From: Candidatus Binatia bacterium
GTDB lineage: Bacteria; Desulfobacterota; Binatia; UBA9968; JAJDTQ01
Direction: 5' to 3'
Length of the DNA: 64,000 nucleotides
Assembly: GCA_963666515.2 (NCBI GenBank)
Contig: OY762897.2
Span: 2,528,001 to 2,592,000, forward strand
Position 1 is the first letter of the stretch. Every line of letters starts with the position of its first letter. Both the position numbers and the translations under genes were made by a program. Under the pieces are notes generated by a model, which worked only from the letters and a program-made list of their open reading frames with translations, made no database searches and was not told the DNA's origin. Positions 1 through 9,442 of this stretch are shown piece after piece.

Positions 1-1085
1 GCCCGGCCGGCGGCGTAGAGCATCTTGGAGACGCACTCGCAGATGGTGGAGACCAGCACGTTGCCCACCCGGGGCGCGGCGCCGCAGGCGGCCGGAAACG
101 TGCAGTTCAGGATGGTGCCCTCGGGTATCTTGAGGGTCACCGGCCTCATCTTGCCGTCGCTCCAGGGCACGTCCCAGAAGAGCGCGTTGGTCAGCGCCAG
201 GGTGATGTGCGCCGCGGTGCTGGGGAAGGTGGAGTTGTGGTCGGTGTCGGTCTGCGGGCTCGTGCCCTCCAGGTCGAACTCCAGCTCGTCGCCTTTCTTG
301 GTCATGGTGCAGTAGAGCTGCTGGGCCACGGCCTTGCGGGACTTGCGGTCCAGGGTGGTGACGTACTCGCGGGACACCCAGGTGCCGTCGGGCAGCGAGC
401 GCAGCTTGGCGCGAGCCTTGGCCTCGGAGTCCTCGATCATGCGCCGGCCCGCGGCCTCCACGAATTCGGGGCCGAACTTCTCCACCAGCCCCTGGTAGCG
501 GTCGGCGCAGACGTTGTTGCCGGCGATCATGGCCTTCATGTCGAGGCCCACGTACTGCGGGTCCCGGCACATGCCGACGAGGGTGCGGAACACGTCCTCG
601 CGGAACTCGCCCTTCTCCACGATCTTGAGGCCGCTGATGCAGATGCCCTCGTGGAATATCTCCAGGGCGCCGCCCCGCAGCACGCCGCCGGTGTCCGCGG
701 TGTGGGTGCTGGTGGCGGTCCAGGCGATCAGCTCGCCGTCGTAGAAGATGGGCTTGATGACCATCATGTCGTAAGTGTGGGAGCCCGCCACATAGGGGTC
801 GTTGAAGAAGAACTGATCGCCGTCGTAGAAGCCGGGCGACTCCTTGAAGTACTCGATCATGTTCTTGATGGCCTGGGAGGTGGCCGCGGCGAACCGCAGG
901 TGGCCGGAGCACGCCAGCACCATGACGCCCTCGGTGTCGTAGAACGAGCTCATGCACTCGCCGCCCTGGGCGACGATGGGCGAGGCGGTGACGCGCTGGA
1001 GCGTCATGCGGCCCTCTTCGCCGATGGCCCAGAGCCGGTGGAAGTACATTTCGTATTTGATCGGATCAACCGCTGTCGGTTCCAT
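1..1085 (-). CDS. Hydantoinase B/oxoprolinase family subunit (3' end outside window)
   Basis: Not in ORF track. Manual translation from ATG 1085 (SD AGGAG): MEPTAVDPIKYEMYFHRLWAIGEEGRMTLQRVTASPIV...FFFNDPYVAGSHTYD...STHTADTGG; follows the A subunit. Confidence 0.88.
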   Translation of the reverse strand, partial: MEPTAVDPIKYEMYFHRLWAIGEEGRMTLQRVTASPIVAQGGECMSSFYDTEGVMVLACSGHLRFAAATSQAIKNMIEYFKESPGFYDGDQFFFNDPYVAGSHTYDMMVIKPIFYDGELIAWTATSTHTADTGGVLRGGALEIFHEGICISGLKIVEKGEFREDVFRTLVGMCRDPQYVGLDMKAMIAGNNVCADRYQGLVEKFGPEFVEAAGRRMIEDSEAKARAKLRSLPDGTWVSREYVTTLDRKSRKAVAQQLYCTMTKKGDELEFDLEGTSPQTDTDHNSTFPSTAAHITLALTNALFWDVPWSDGKMRPVTLKIPEGTILNCTFPAACGAAPRVGNVLVSTICECVSKMLYAAGR

Positions 1086-1129
1086 CGAACTCTCCTGATT
1101 TGAAGCCTGCGTCGCAGAAACGGCTTGCA

Positions 1130-1153
1130 GTAGGGGCGACCCGCGGTCGCCCT
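1130..1153 (+). repeat. GTAG-type REP-like palindrome
   Basis: GTAGGGGCGACCCGCGGTCGCCCT; 23-bp identical inverted copy at 5458-5481. Confidence 0.8.
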
Positions 1154-3260
1154 AGATTTCCATCACCAGGTTCAGGTACTGGTCCACCGCCACCTTCGCG
1201 CCCGGCGGCACCGGGATGGTGGTGAAGGGCAGCTCCAGGACGGCCGGACCCGCCACCTCGTTGCCGGCCTTGAGCAGCGCGTTGTCGTACACCGGGGTCT
1301 CGATGAAACCGCGCTCCGGCCGCGTGAAGTAGACGTTGCGCTTGCCCTTGACCGCCTGGGAGCCGTCGCCTTTCTCCACGGGCTGGGGCTTCAGTTCCGG
1401 CTTGGTGACCAGGCCCACCGCGTCCACCCGGATGGCGCTGATCTCGATGCCGGCCTTGGTGTAGCCCGCGCCCACGCCGTAGAGCTCCTCGTACTTCTTC
1501 TCAAACATCTCCTGCAGCTCCTGCAGCCGCTCGTCGGTCATGCGGTCCCACGGCAGCGGGATCTCCACGCCGGCGGTCTGCCGGCGGTAGCGCATGGTGA
1601 AGAACCGGCGGTACTCCACTTGGTCGGCCTTGAAGCCCTCGCCGGTCATGATCTCTTCCAACTCCTTCTCGATGGTGTCGAGCCGCTCGTTGGGCCCCTC
1701 GGGCTGGGCCGGGAAGATGTACTGGCAGGTCATCACCCGCGTGTGGATGACGTCCGCCGCGGCCACGCCGAAGGCGGAGAACACCGGGGAGGTGGGGAAG
1801 ATGTATATCTTGTTGATGCCCAGCTCGGCGGAGAAACCGCCAGCGTGAACCGGCCCGGCGCCGCCGAAGGCGTAGATGACGAACTCCTCGGGCAGGTGCC
1901 CGGTGCGCACCACCTGCTGGCGGATGAGGTCGGACATCTTGCTGTTGACGATGTCGTAGACGCCGGCCGCGGCCTCGACGTTGCTCAGCCCCAACGGCTT
2001 GGCGATCTTCTCCTCCACGGCCTTCTCGGCCTTCTCCTTGTTGAGCGACTTGCGCCCGCCCAGGAAGTAGTCGGGGTCGATGATGCCCAGCACCAGGTCG
2101 GCGTCGGTGACCGTCACCTCCTCGCCGCCGGCGTCGTAGCACACCGGGCCGGGGCTCGCGCCCGCGCTCTGGGGACCTACCAGCAGGCGGCCGGTCTCCT
2201 CGTCCACCCGGGCGATGGTGCCGCCGCCGGCGCCGATGGACTGGATGTCGATGATGGGCTGCAACATGCGGAAACGCTCGACGATGGGCTCCGCAGCGTA
2301 GCGCCAGTACCCTTCGGTGATGAGGCCCACGTCGAAGCTGGTGCCGCCCATATCCGCGGTGATGACGTTGGGATGCCCAAGCAGACCGGCCACGTAGGCC
2401 GACGCGATGGCGCCGCCCGCCGGTCCGGACTGGAGGTTGGACACCGGCGTGGCGTGGGCGCGATGGGCAACGCCGCCGTTGCCCTGCATGATCAGGAACG
2501 GCCCCTCCAGGCCGCCATCTTCCAGCTTGGTCTGGAGGCCGCCCAGATAGCGGTCCACCGTCGGGCCAAGGAAACTGTTGATGATGGCCGTGTTGGCGCG
2601 GGCGTACTCGCCCGCCACCTGGGCCAGCTCGCTGCCGAAGGACCAGAACACCTTGTTCGACGGGTCGGCCTCCCGCGCCAGTGCGCGCACGTCGTCCTCG
2701 TGCTTGGCATTGGCCCAAGCGTGCAACAGGCTTACAGCGATGGCCTCGCAGCCCTCCTCATCCACCAGTTGGCGGATGGCGTCCATCACGTCCTGCCGGG
2801 ACAACGGCACCACCACCTCGCCGCGGTAGTCGATGCGCTCGCGCACGCCCAGCACCCGTTCCCTGGGCACCAGGGGTTCGGGCTTGGTGACCCAGGTGGC
2901 GTGGCGGATCTCCTCCTCGGAGAGGCCGTCCACCCGGCCGATGGCGCGCATGATCTCGGTGGTGTCCTCGAAACCGCGGGTGGTGATGAAACCCACCTTG
3001 ACCCCGGTGCGCGTGATCAGCGCGTTGGTGGCCACGGTGCTGCCGTGCTTGAACAGCACGGCCTGATTCAGCAGTTCGGTGCGATCCACATCCAGCACCC
3101 GCGAGGCTTCGGTCAGGGCGTCCATCACGCCCCGGGAGAACTCGTCCGGCGTCGTCGACGCCTTGGCGGTCCACACCTCCCCGCTCGGTGACATGACCAC
3201 CACGTCCGTGAAGGTGCCGCCCGTGTCGATACCGATGATGTAGTCTTTCGCTTCCGCCAT
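1152..3260 (-). CDS. Hydantoinase A/oxoprolinase family ATP-binding subunit
   Basis: GIDTGGTFTD, HGSTVATNA, SGPAGG, DMGGTSFD, SIGAGGG, AFGGAGP motifs; start MAEAKD with SD AGGAGG. Confidence 0.92.
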   Translation of the reverse strand: MAEAKDYIIGIDTGGTFTDVVVMSPSGEVWTAKASTTPDEFSRGVMDALTEASRVLDVDRTELLNQAVLFKHGSTVATNALITRTGVKVGFITTRGFEDTTEIMRAIGRVDGLSEEEIRHATWVTKPEPLVPRERVLGVRERIDYRGEVVVPLSRQDVMDAIRQLVDEEGCEAIAVSLLHAWANAKHEDDVRALAREADPSNKVFWSFGSELAQVAGEYARANTAIINSFLGPTVDRYLGGLQTKLEDGGLEGPFLIMQGNGGVAHRAHATPVSNLQSGPAGGAIASAYVAGLLGHPNVITADMGGTSFDVGLITEGYWRYAAEPIVERFRMLQPIIDIQSIGAGGGTIARVDEETGRLLVGPQSAGASPGPVCYDAGGEEVTVTDADLVLGIIDPDYFLGGRKSLNKEKAEKAVEEKIAKPLGLSNVEAAAGVYDIVNSKMSDLIRQQVVRTGHLPEEFVIYAFGGAGPVHAGGFSAELGINKIYIFPTSPVFSAFGVAAADVIHTRVMTCQYIFPAQPEGPNERLDTIEKELEEIMTGEGFKADQVEYRRFFTMRYRRQTAGVEIPLPWDRMTDERLQELQEMFEKKYEELYGVGAGYTKAGIEISAIRVDAVGLVTKPELKPQPVEKGDGSQAVKGKRNVYFTRPERGFIETPVYDNALLKAGNEVAGPAVLELPFTTIPVPPGAKVAVDQYLNLVMEI

Positions 3261-3351
3261 GCCTGCTCTTCCTCCTGATTCCGATACTCGACCCGATTGC
3301 CTTCCCGACCGGCGCCGCGACAGCGCTCCCCTGTGGGCCGCGTCAGCCCCG

Positions 3352-3420
3352 GTAGGTCGGGTTAGCCGAAGGCGTAACCCGACAGGACATCGCAGTCCTG
3401 CGCCGGGTTTCACTCCGCTG
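3352..3420 (+). repeat. GTAG-type REP-like element, second arm apparently interrupted
   Basis: GTAGGTCGGGTTAGCCGAAGGCGTAACCCGAC hairpin, then CAGGAC..GTCCTG hairpin and a partial CCGGGTTTCACTCCG arm. Confidence 0.65.
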
Positions 3421-3510
3421 ATGCGACCTGCCTGGGACGGGAACCGTAGGGTGAAAAGACCCCGGTACTTGCCGCAACTGGGTTGGCGACACCGAGGATA
3501 CTAGCTAGCG
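3421..3510 (+). mobile_element. Possible 5' remnant of a group II intron
   Basis: ATGCGACCTGCCTGGGACGGGAACCGTAGGGTGAAAAGACCC resembles the GUGYG start and GGGTGAAA-CCC element of domain I; no RT or domain V seen. Confidence 0.35.
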
Positions 3511-3568
3511 CGTCTGGTCCTTGTATTCAAGGGTTGCGGGTCTCGTGCGGCCACGCGCGCCATGTCCC

Positions 3569-3832
3569 TCACAGCTTGTACACTTCGCGACGGTTTCTGG
3601 CGAAATGAACGACGATCTGCCGGCTCGACGCGTCGAGCGTATAAAGAGCACGGTAATCGCCCACGCGAAGCTTGAACACTCCCTGCCAAGCCGCTCCTAA
3701 TGCTTCGTGCCTGACCGTTTCGATGTTCTCTGCCAACCACTGCAACTTGGAAATGACACGGCGTGCGATGACCGAGTCCAAGCGGCGAATATCGGCTTCC
3801 GCCCCTGGCGTCAACCTAATCTCGTAGCTCAC
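3569..3832 (-). CDS. RelE/ParE family toxin
   Basis: 87 aa, YEIRLT..A..DIRRLD and FKLRVGDYRALY..RREVY; 4-nt overlap with upstream antitoxin. Confidence 0.9.
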   Translation of the reverse strand: MSYEIRLTPGAEADIRRLDSVIARRVISKLQWLAENIETVRHEALGAAWQGVFKLRVGDYRALYTLDASSRQIVVHFARNRREVYKL

Positions 3833-4053
3833 TTGGTGGTTCCGGCATCCTTCAGCACATCGGAGAGACTCTTCGTCCTTCCGCCCGCTTGAACCTCCCG
3901 GAGAGAATTCCTCAACGCTTCCGCGAAGTCATCCTTGAGGACCATCCCTTCGTCGGGGTCGGCCAGCAACTCGGTCAACGACCGACTCACCGCCTCGTGG
4001 ACGAGTTCCTTGAACTCTGTCACCGTCAGATTTGCGATTGTCGAATTCGCCAT
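3829..4053 (-). CDS. Putative type II antitoxin
   Basis: 74-aa acidic ORF (MANSTIANLTVTEFKELVHEAV...DPDEG) coupled to the toxin; SD GGGAG. Confidence 0.78.
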   Translation of the reverse strand: MANSTIANLTVTEFKELVHEAVSRSLTELLADPDEGMVLKDDFAEALRNSLREVQAGGRTKSLSDVLKDAGTTK

Positions 4054-4242
4054 GTTTTGTTCCCTCCCGTTGCACGCATTGCAAAGTCCTGCCGAGAGAC
4101 GGGATGCCGATGCCACAGGTAGCTTATCGTGAATTCGGCAAAATCCAAACCAAGATGGTCGTCATGTCCTCCTTTGCTGTGAGAAGTGACCGGAGGTGCG
4201 CGCTGGGTGGATAAAGCCTCTTGTGCGGAATGACGACATCAC

Positions 4243-4285
4243 CTTGACACTATCCTTATACTATAGTAGTACTAACTAGTTAGTA
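4243..4285 (+). promoter_or_regulatory. Sigma70-like promoter with palindromic operator
   Basis: TTGACA at 4243; palindromes TACTATAGTA (4259-4268) and TACTAACTAGTTAGTA (4270-4285). Confidence 0.6.
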
Positions 4286-4308
4286 GCACGCCGACAGGAG
4301 GACACGAA

Positions 4309-4542
4309 ATGCAAGTTGCTCACAGCGAACCGGCCAAAGGACATGATGGGTGCGAGATCCGGCTTGGAGTGGCGTCATGGGCCAAGAAGGGTAGCAACAC
4401 CGAGAAAAGTGTAAAGTTCACGTGGTTTGACAAGAACGGGAGGGCTGTCCGCGGAGGGGAGTTTCCGGTTGATGTCCTACCCCAAGCACTGACGTTCGCG
4501 ATCCAGAAAGGGTATTTGAGTCTGGGATCTGTCGAACCGTGA
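4309..4542 (+). CDS. Small hypothetical protein (lower GC)
   Basis: 77 aa, SD AGGAGG, preceded by promoter. Confidence 0.7.
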   Translation: MQVAHSEPAKGHDGCEIRLGVASWAKKGSNTEKSVKFTWFDKNGRAVRGGEFPVDVLPQALTFAIQKGYLSLGSVEP

Positions 4543-4680
4543 TTGAGCCGCTGACCTTCAAAGTGCCCTTCGAAGAGAATTTGGCAGAACTGGGCGACCC
4601 CCTCTTGCCGACCCCCTTACGACGGGACGCTGCAACCGGGAAGCTAAGGCAGTGCGCCGTTAATTATCCCGGTTCAAACG

Positions 4681-5421
4681 CTAGTTCATCACCAAGCCGC
4701 CGTTGACGTTCAGCGTGTAGCCGGTGATGTAGGTGTTCTCGGGGCTAACGAGGAAGTAGAAGCCCTCGGCGATGTCCTCGGGCTGGCCGGTGCGGCCCAT
4801 GGGGATGAGCGGCTTCCACGCCTCGCGGGACCCGGGGGCGGCGTGGGCCAGGACACGGGGCGTGTCCGTGGGGCCGGGGGCCACGACGTTGACCAGGACG
4901 CCGTAGGGCGCCAGCTCCTGGGCCAACGACTTGGTGAAGCCGAGGACGCCGGCCTTGGCGGCCGAGTAGGGTGTGCGCAGGGCGCAGCCGGTAAGGCCGT
5001 AGTTGGACGCGGTGTTGACGATGCGGCCGCGTCGTTGCTCCATCATCAAGGGAGCCACCTCGCGGCAGAAGAGGAAGGTCCCCTTGAGGTTGACGTCCAG
5101 CACCTCGCGCCACTCGGCCCAGGACAGGTCCTCTACCGCTTTCGTGTGGATGGTGCCGCCGGCCAAGTTGCAGAGGATGTCCACGGATCCGAAATCCTCG
5201 CGGACCTGCGCCACCACGTCCTTGATCTCTCCAGCCTTGGTGACATCGACGCCGTAGGCGCGCGCCTGCGCTCCTGTCGCGTCCAGCTCCCTCACGACCC
5301 CTGCCGCGCCCTCCCGATCCGCGTCAGCGATGGCGACGGCGATGCCCGCCCGTGCGAACCGCAACGCGACGCAACGGCCGATGCCGTTGCCGCCGCCGGA
5401 AATGATGGCCACGTCGCTCAA
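4681..5421 (-). CDS. Short-chain dehydrogenase/reductase (FabG-like)
   Basis: SGGGNGIG, NLAG, YSAAK, VAPG; TTG start with SD AGGAAGG. Confidence 0.92.
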   Translation of the reverse strand: MSDVAIISGGGNGIGRCVALRFARAGIAVAIADADREGAAGVVRELDATGAQARAYGVDVTKAGEIKDVVAQVREDFGSVDILCNLAGGTIHTKAVEDLSWAEWREVLDVNLKGTFLFCREVAPLMMEQRRGRIVNTASNYGLTGCALRTPYSAAKAGVLGFTKSLAQELAPYGVLVNVVAPGPTDTPRVLAHAAPGSREAWKPLIPMGRTGQPEDIAEGFYFLVSPENTYITGYTLNVNGGLVMN

Positions 5422-5457
5422 TTTGGGTTCCTTCCTTTGCCTGGGGTGGACCCCACA

Positions 5458-5481
5458 GGGGCGACCGCGGGTCGCCCCTAC
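5458..5481 (-). repeat. GTAG-type REP-like palindrome (inverted copy of 1130-1153)
   Basis: GGGGCGACCGCGGGTCGCCCCTAC. Confidence 0.8.
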
Positions 5482-5547
5482 ACGTCACCGCGCCTTATCG
5501 GCGACAAATGAATCCTGCGCACCTGCCGTACGAAACCGGACACGCGC

Positions 5548-6930
5548 CTAGAGGAAATCCTCCAATCTAACCTGCCCCGCGCCCATGGGCTGCAGGCGGT
5601 CGAACTCGTAGCGCCGCGCCGGGTCGCACTCAGGCGGCTTGGTGGCGTCGATCATCACCTTGCCCCCGACCCGGTGCCAGCCGGGCGCGCCGGGCTCTCC
5701 CATCTCCGCGCACGACGGGTCCATGGCGTGGATCTTGGCGCCGGGGATGGTGATGATGTCCTCGGCCGGGTTGACGCGCGTGGAGATGGCCCACAGCACG
5801 TCGGCGTAGTTGAAGATGTCCACGTCCTCGTCCACGGCGATGGCCACCTTGGGATGCTGGTATTCGCTGGACAGCGCGGCCATGAGCACGTTCCTGGCCT
5901 CGCCGTAGTAGCGCGCGTTCATTTGCACCACGAGGCCGAAGATGCCCGGCAGCACGAGCACGTTCTTCACCTGGGCGCCGCCGCCGACGCTTCGCACCCG
6001 CCGCAGGATCTGCGCCGACATGGGCACCTTATGGTAGACGCAGCCTTCCACCTCGGCGCCGTTCTGGATGTTCTTGAAGATGGCGTCGCCGCGCATGGTG
6101 ACGGCGTTGACCTGGAACACCGGGTTCTGCCCCGCCCCCGCCAGGTAGTAGTCCTGAAACTCACTGAAGGGGCCTTCCTCCTCGCGCACGTGGGGCAGGA
6201 TCTCCCCTTCCAGCACCACCTCGGCCTGGGCCGGCACCTCCATGTCGATGGTCTCGCACTTCACCATCTCGACTTCTTCCTGCAGCAGCCCCGAGGCGAT
6301 GGTCAGCTCGTCCCGGCCGTAGTCCGTGGTGGTGGCGGCGGCGAAGTAGAACATGGGGTGGTGGCCGATCATGAAGGCCACCGGCATGCCCTCGCCCTTG
6401 GACTCGTGCTTCTGGTAGTTGGCCCAGCCGTGGCGCGGATAGAGCAGGATGCCGGTCTTGCGCGGGCCCTTCATCTGCAGGCGGTGGAAGCTCAGGTTGC
6501 GGTTGCCCGTGTCCGGGTCCTTGGAGATCATCAGCCCGGCGGAGATGAAGGGGCCGCCGTCCCGGATGCCGCACTGGTGGATGGGCAGCTTTGTAATGTC
6601 CACCTCGTCGCCCTTGAAGATGCGCTCCTTCACCGGTCCCGAAGACACCAGCCGGGTCGTGCCGGCCATCTGCGTGCGCCGGACGAACTCCGGCACCATC
6701 TCGTTGCGGTCGACGCCGAAGGCCAGCGGCGCCAGCCGCACGTCGCCAGGCGCCTGCCCGAGGCAGCGCCAGCCCGGAAAGCCGTCGAGGTTCTCGAACA
6801 GCAGCGCCCGCTCGCGGGACTGCCACAGGAGCGCCCCCATCTGCGTACGCGGATCCACCGGCTTGGAGATGGTGTCGAGCACGCCGGCGCCCCGCAACTG
6901 GTCGATCCAGGTGCGTATGTCCTTTTTCAT
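5548..6930 (-). CDS. UbiD family prFMN-dependent (de)carboxylase
   Basis: DGGPFI, RNLSFHRLQ, EEEGPFSEFQDYY, VDEDVDI..VLWAISTR, GKVMIDATKP. Confidence 0.93.
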   Translation of the reverse strand: MKKDIRTWIDQLRGAGVLDTISKPVDPRTQMGALLWQSRERALLFENLDGFPGWRCLGQAPGDVRLAPLAFGVDRNEMVPEFVRRTQMAGTTRLVSSGPVKERIFKGDEVDITKLPIHQCGIRDGGPFISAGLMISKDPDTGNRNLSFHRLQMKGPRKTGILLYPRHGWANYQKHESKGEGMPVAFMIGHHPMFYFAAATTTDYGRDELTIASGLLQEEVEMVKCETIDMEVPAQAEVVLEGEILPHVREEEGPFSEFQDYYLAGAGQNPVFQVNAVTMRGDAIFKNIQNGAEVEGCVYHKVPMSAQILRRVRSVGGGAQVKNVLVLPGIFGLVVQMNARYYGEARNVLMAALSSEYQHPKVAIAVDEDVDIFNYADVLWAISTRVNPAEDIITIPGAKIHAMDPSCAEMGEPGAPGWHRVGGKVMIDATKPPECDPARRYEFDRLQPMGAGQVRLEDFL

Positions 6931-6949
6931 TGGCTGTTTCGTCGTTGGG

Positions 6950-6991
6950 AAAACGTTGCCGTCCGGCGCGCGAACCGCGCCGGACGGCAAC
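6950..6991 (-). terminator. 16-bp perfect stem-loop after binding-protein gene
   Basis: GTTGCCGTCCGGCGCG-CGAAC-CGCGCCGGACGGCAAC followed by GTTTT on the minus strand. Confidence 0.65.
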
Positions 6992-7000
6992 TGGGTTGGT

Positions 7001-8101
7001 CTACTTCTTGCGCGCCAGCAGCGCGGGGATGTACTCGTTCTTGAGCCAATCCCACCCTGGCGAGGGCTGGAGCAGGGTCCTGGTGATCTTGTCCGCGTCG
7101 GGACCCTTGATGTAGTCGAGCTTCAGCCCGAAGATCTTCTCCCACTCCTTCACGTAGACGGGATCGGAGTACATCTTGTCGAACGCGGCCCGGATGGCGG
7201 CCACGCGGTCCGCCGGCGTGCCCGGAGGCACCACCAGCGTGCGGTTCAGGGTGCGCAGGGTGGGACCGGTCAGCTTGTAAGCTTCCCAGGCCGGACCCGA
7301 AGGGGCCTTGCCCTTCACCTGCCTGTAGACCTCCTCGAAGGTCGGAATGTCGGTGCCGGGAGAGCGGATGACCTTGCCGTCGGGAGTCAGCACGCCGCCC
7401 TGCCAGATGGCGACGGCGACCCCTTCCTGGATGGAGGAATAGTACCGGCCGCCGCTACCGAGCACATGATGGAGCCCGGTGCCGCCGACGTACGAGACCT
7501 CACCCGACAGGAACGCCAGGGCCATCTGGGCGGTGCCGGGGTAGCCTACCGCGAAGGTGTAGCCCTTGATGCCCAGCAGGTCGAGGCCGATGGCGTCGTT
7601 CAGAAAGGACGATCCGGTGATGGAGCGCCCGGAAACCGCGATCTTCGTGGGATCGATCCTGGTCAGCTCGACCCCGGTCTTGACCTTGAGGAAATCCCGC
7701 ACGATGGCGGCGGAGGCGCCGCTGGTCGAGTAGATCGACGGCATCTTCGTCAGGTCGAAGTTGGGCTTGGGCTCCTTCAGGACCGAGCTGCTCAGGTGGG
7801 TGGTGCCCATGATGGACCACGTGAGGCCGTCCTTCTTGGCCTTATGGTGGATGTAGGCACCGTGAATCAGGCCGGACGCGCCGGGCATGTTGATCTTCAC
7901 CACCTTCTTGGGCATGCCCGGAAGGTACTTGCCGATGCGGCGGGCGATCAGCCTGCCTTCGGTGTCGTGCCCGCCGCCCGGCGAATAGCCGGAAAGGATC
8001 TGGATTCGCTTGCCCTCGGTGAAGGCATGCGCCGAACCCGAGGCGAGAACCACCAGCACCGCACAGCACACGAACAACAACGACACTCTGCGTAGGGTCA
8101 T
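7001..8101 (-). CDS. Tripartite tricarboxylate transporter substrate-binding protein (divergent TctC/Bug)
   Basis: Signal peptide; GYSPGGGHD..GRLIAR, NMPGASG, VVPPGTP. Confidence 0.85.
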   Translation of the reverse strand: MTLRRVSLLFVCCAVLVVLASGSAHAFTEGKRIQILSGYSPGGGHDTEGRLIARRIGKYLPGMPKKVVKINMPGASGLIHGAYIHHKAKKDGLTWSIMGTTHLSSSVLKEPKPNFDLTKMPSIYSTSGASAAIVRDFLKVKTGVELTRIDPTKIAVSGRSITGSSFLNDAIGLDLLGIKGYTFAVGYPGTAQMALAFLSGEVSYVGGTGLHHVLGSGGRYYSSIQEGVAVAIWQGGVLTPDGKVIRSPGTDIPTFEEVYRQVKGKAPSGPAWEAYKLTGPTLRTLNRTLVVPPGTPADRVAAIRAAFDKMYSDPVYVKEWEKIFGLKLDYIKGPDADKITRTLLQPSPGWDWLKNEYIPALLARKK

Positions 8102-8153
8102 GAGATTCCTCCCTTTCGAGAACGGATGGGATGTGTCTCCGCCCGCCCGGACG

Positions 8154-9239
8154 CTACTTGGCGTTGGCGAACTTGCGGAGATAGGTCTGCCATTCCGCGG
8201 GCGCCATGGTCTCGTCACGGATCCTGGTGGCGTCCTCCGGACTCACGAGCACCGGGGCGAGCTTCTGTCCGAACACCCTCTCCCAGTCCTTGATGAAACC
8301 CGGGTCCTTGGCCATCTTCCCCACCGCCTCGCGCAACTCCCCGACCTTGGCCCCGGCGATACCCGGAGGCAGGACCAGGGTACGGGTCAGGTTCGAGATG
8401 CCAAGCCCGATGGCGCGCCACGCATCCCAGTTGGGTCCCGAAGGCTCTTTCTTGTGAACCGCCTTGTACACCTCGTACAGCGTAGGGACGTCCCCCTTTA
8501 CCGTGGCGGACCGCACGATGCTGCCGTCGCCCTTGAGGATGCCGCTCTGGTACATGGGGAACACCAAGCCGCGCTTGTGCAGGTCCACGAAGGCGCCGCC
8601 CCCCACCAAGTGGGCGTCGCTGGCCACGAAGTAACTCACCTCGCTCCGTTCCATGGCGGCCCTGATGGGCGACGTTCCCCCATAGCCGCACACCGGCGTG
8701 TACTCAACGATGCCCAGGAGCCGCAGGGCCAACTGCCCGCGCAGGCACGAGGAGCCCTGCTTGGAGCGGCCGGCCAAGGCGATCTTCGAGCGGTCGACCT
8801 TGGTCACCAAGTCGTTGGCGTTCCTCGCGCCGAGAAAGTCCCGTGTGAGGTGGACCTGGATGCCGGCAACGGACCAGATGATGGGCATCTTCAAGAGGTC
8901 GTACTTGACCATCTCCGGCGGCGCCAGCACTGCCTGCATTCCATGGCTGCTGCCGAAGAGGCCGATGGTGTTCCCGTCCGGCTTGGCCCGGTTGTAGACG
9001 TAGGACGACATGATCATGCCGCCGGCTCCGGGCATATTCTGGACCAGGACCTTCGGGTTTCCGGGCAGGTACTTGCCGAGGTAGCGCCCCATGACGCGCG
9101 CCTCGATGTCGTGGCCTCCGCCGGGCGGATAGCCGATCAGAATGGTCACGTTCTTGGCTGCCGCCGTGGTCGTCATCAGCCCGGCGAAGATCAATAGAAA
9201 CAACAGGATGCGCCAACTCGTCCGTCTCGATCGCTTCAT
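8154..9239 (-). CDS. Second divergent TctC/Bug substrate-binding protein
   Basis: Signal peptide; GYPPGGGHDIEAR, VQNMPGAGG, PDGNTIG, VLPPGI. Confidence 0.87.
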   Translation of the reverse strand: MKRSRRTSWRILLFLLIFAGLMTTTAAAKNVTILIGYPPGGGHDIEARVMGRYLGKYLPGNPKVLVQNMPGAGGMIMSSYVYNRAKPDGNTIGLFGSSHGMQAVLAPPEMVKYDLLKMPIIWSVAGIQVHLTRDFLGARNANDLVTKVDRSKIALAGRSKQGSSCLRGQLALRLLGIVEYTPVCGYGGTSPIRAAMERSEVSYFVASDAHLVGGGAFVDLHKRGLVFPMYQSGILKGDGSIVRSATVKGDVPTLYEVYKAVHKKEPSGPNWDAWRAIGLGISNLTRTLVLPPGIAGAKVGELREAVGKMAKDPGFIKDWERVFGQKLAPVLVSPEDATRIRDETMAPAEWQTYLRKFANAK

Positions 9240-9314
9240 GGTCCGTTTGCCTCCTCAGCATCGGCGACCGGCCACTGGACCGGTCCGCCACGCGCGCAAG
9301 GCCGTATAACGCAA

Positions 9315-9354
9315 ACGGGCTGAGGATTCCAGTACACCCAGATCCTCAGCCCGT
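9315..9354 (-). terminator. 13-bp perfect inverted repeat (terminator or stabiliser)
   Basis: ACGGGCTGAGGAT-N14-ATCCTCAGCCCGT; second hairpin near 9398-9428. Confidence 0.5.
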
Positions 9355-9442
9355 CTGTCGTTGACGGCCGCTCCTTGCGGAACCGACCTGCATCAAGAGC
9401 GTCGCCGGTGAAACCCCGGCGGCGCTCCTTCCGCACGAATTC

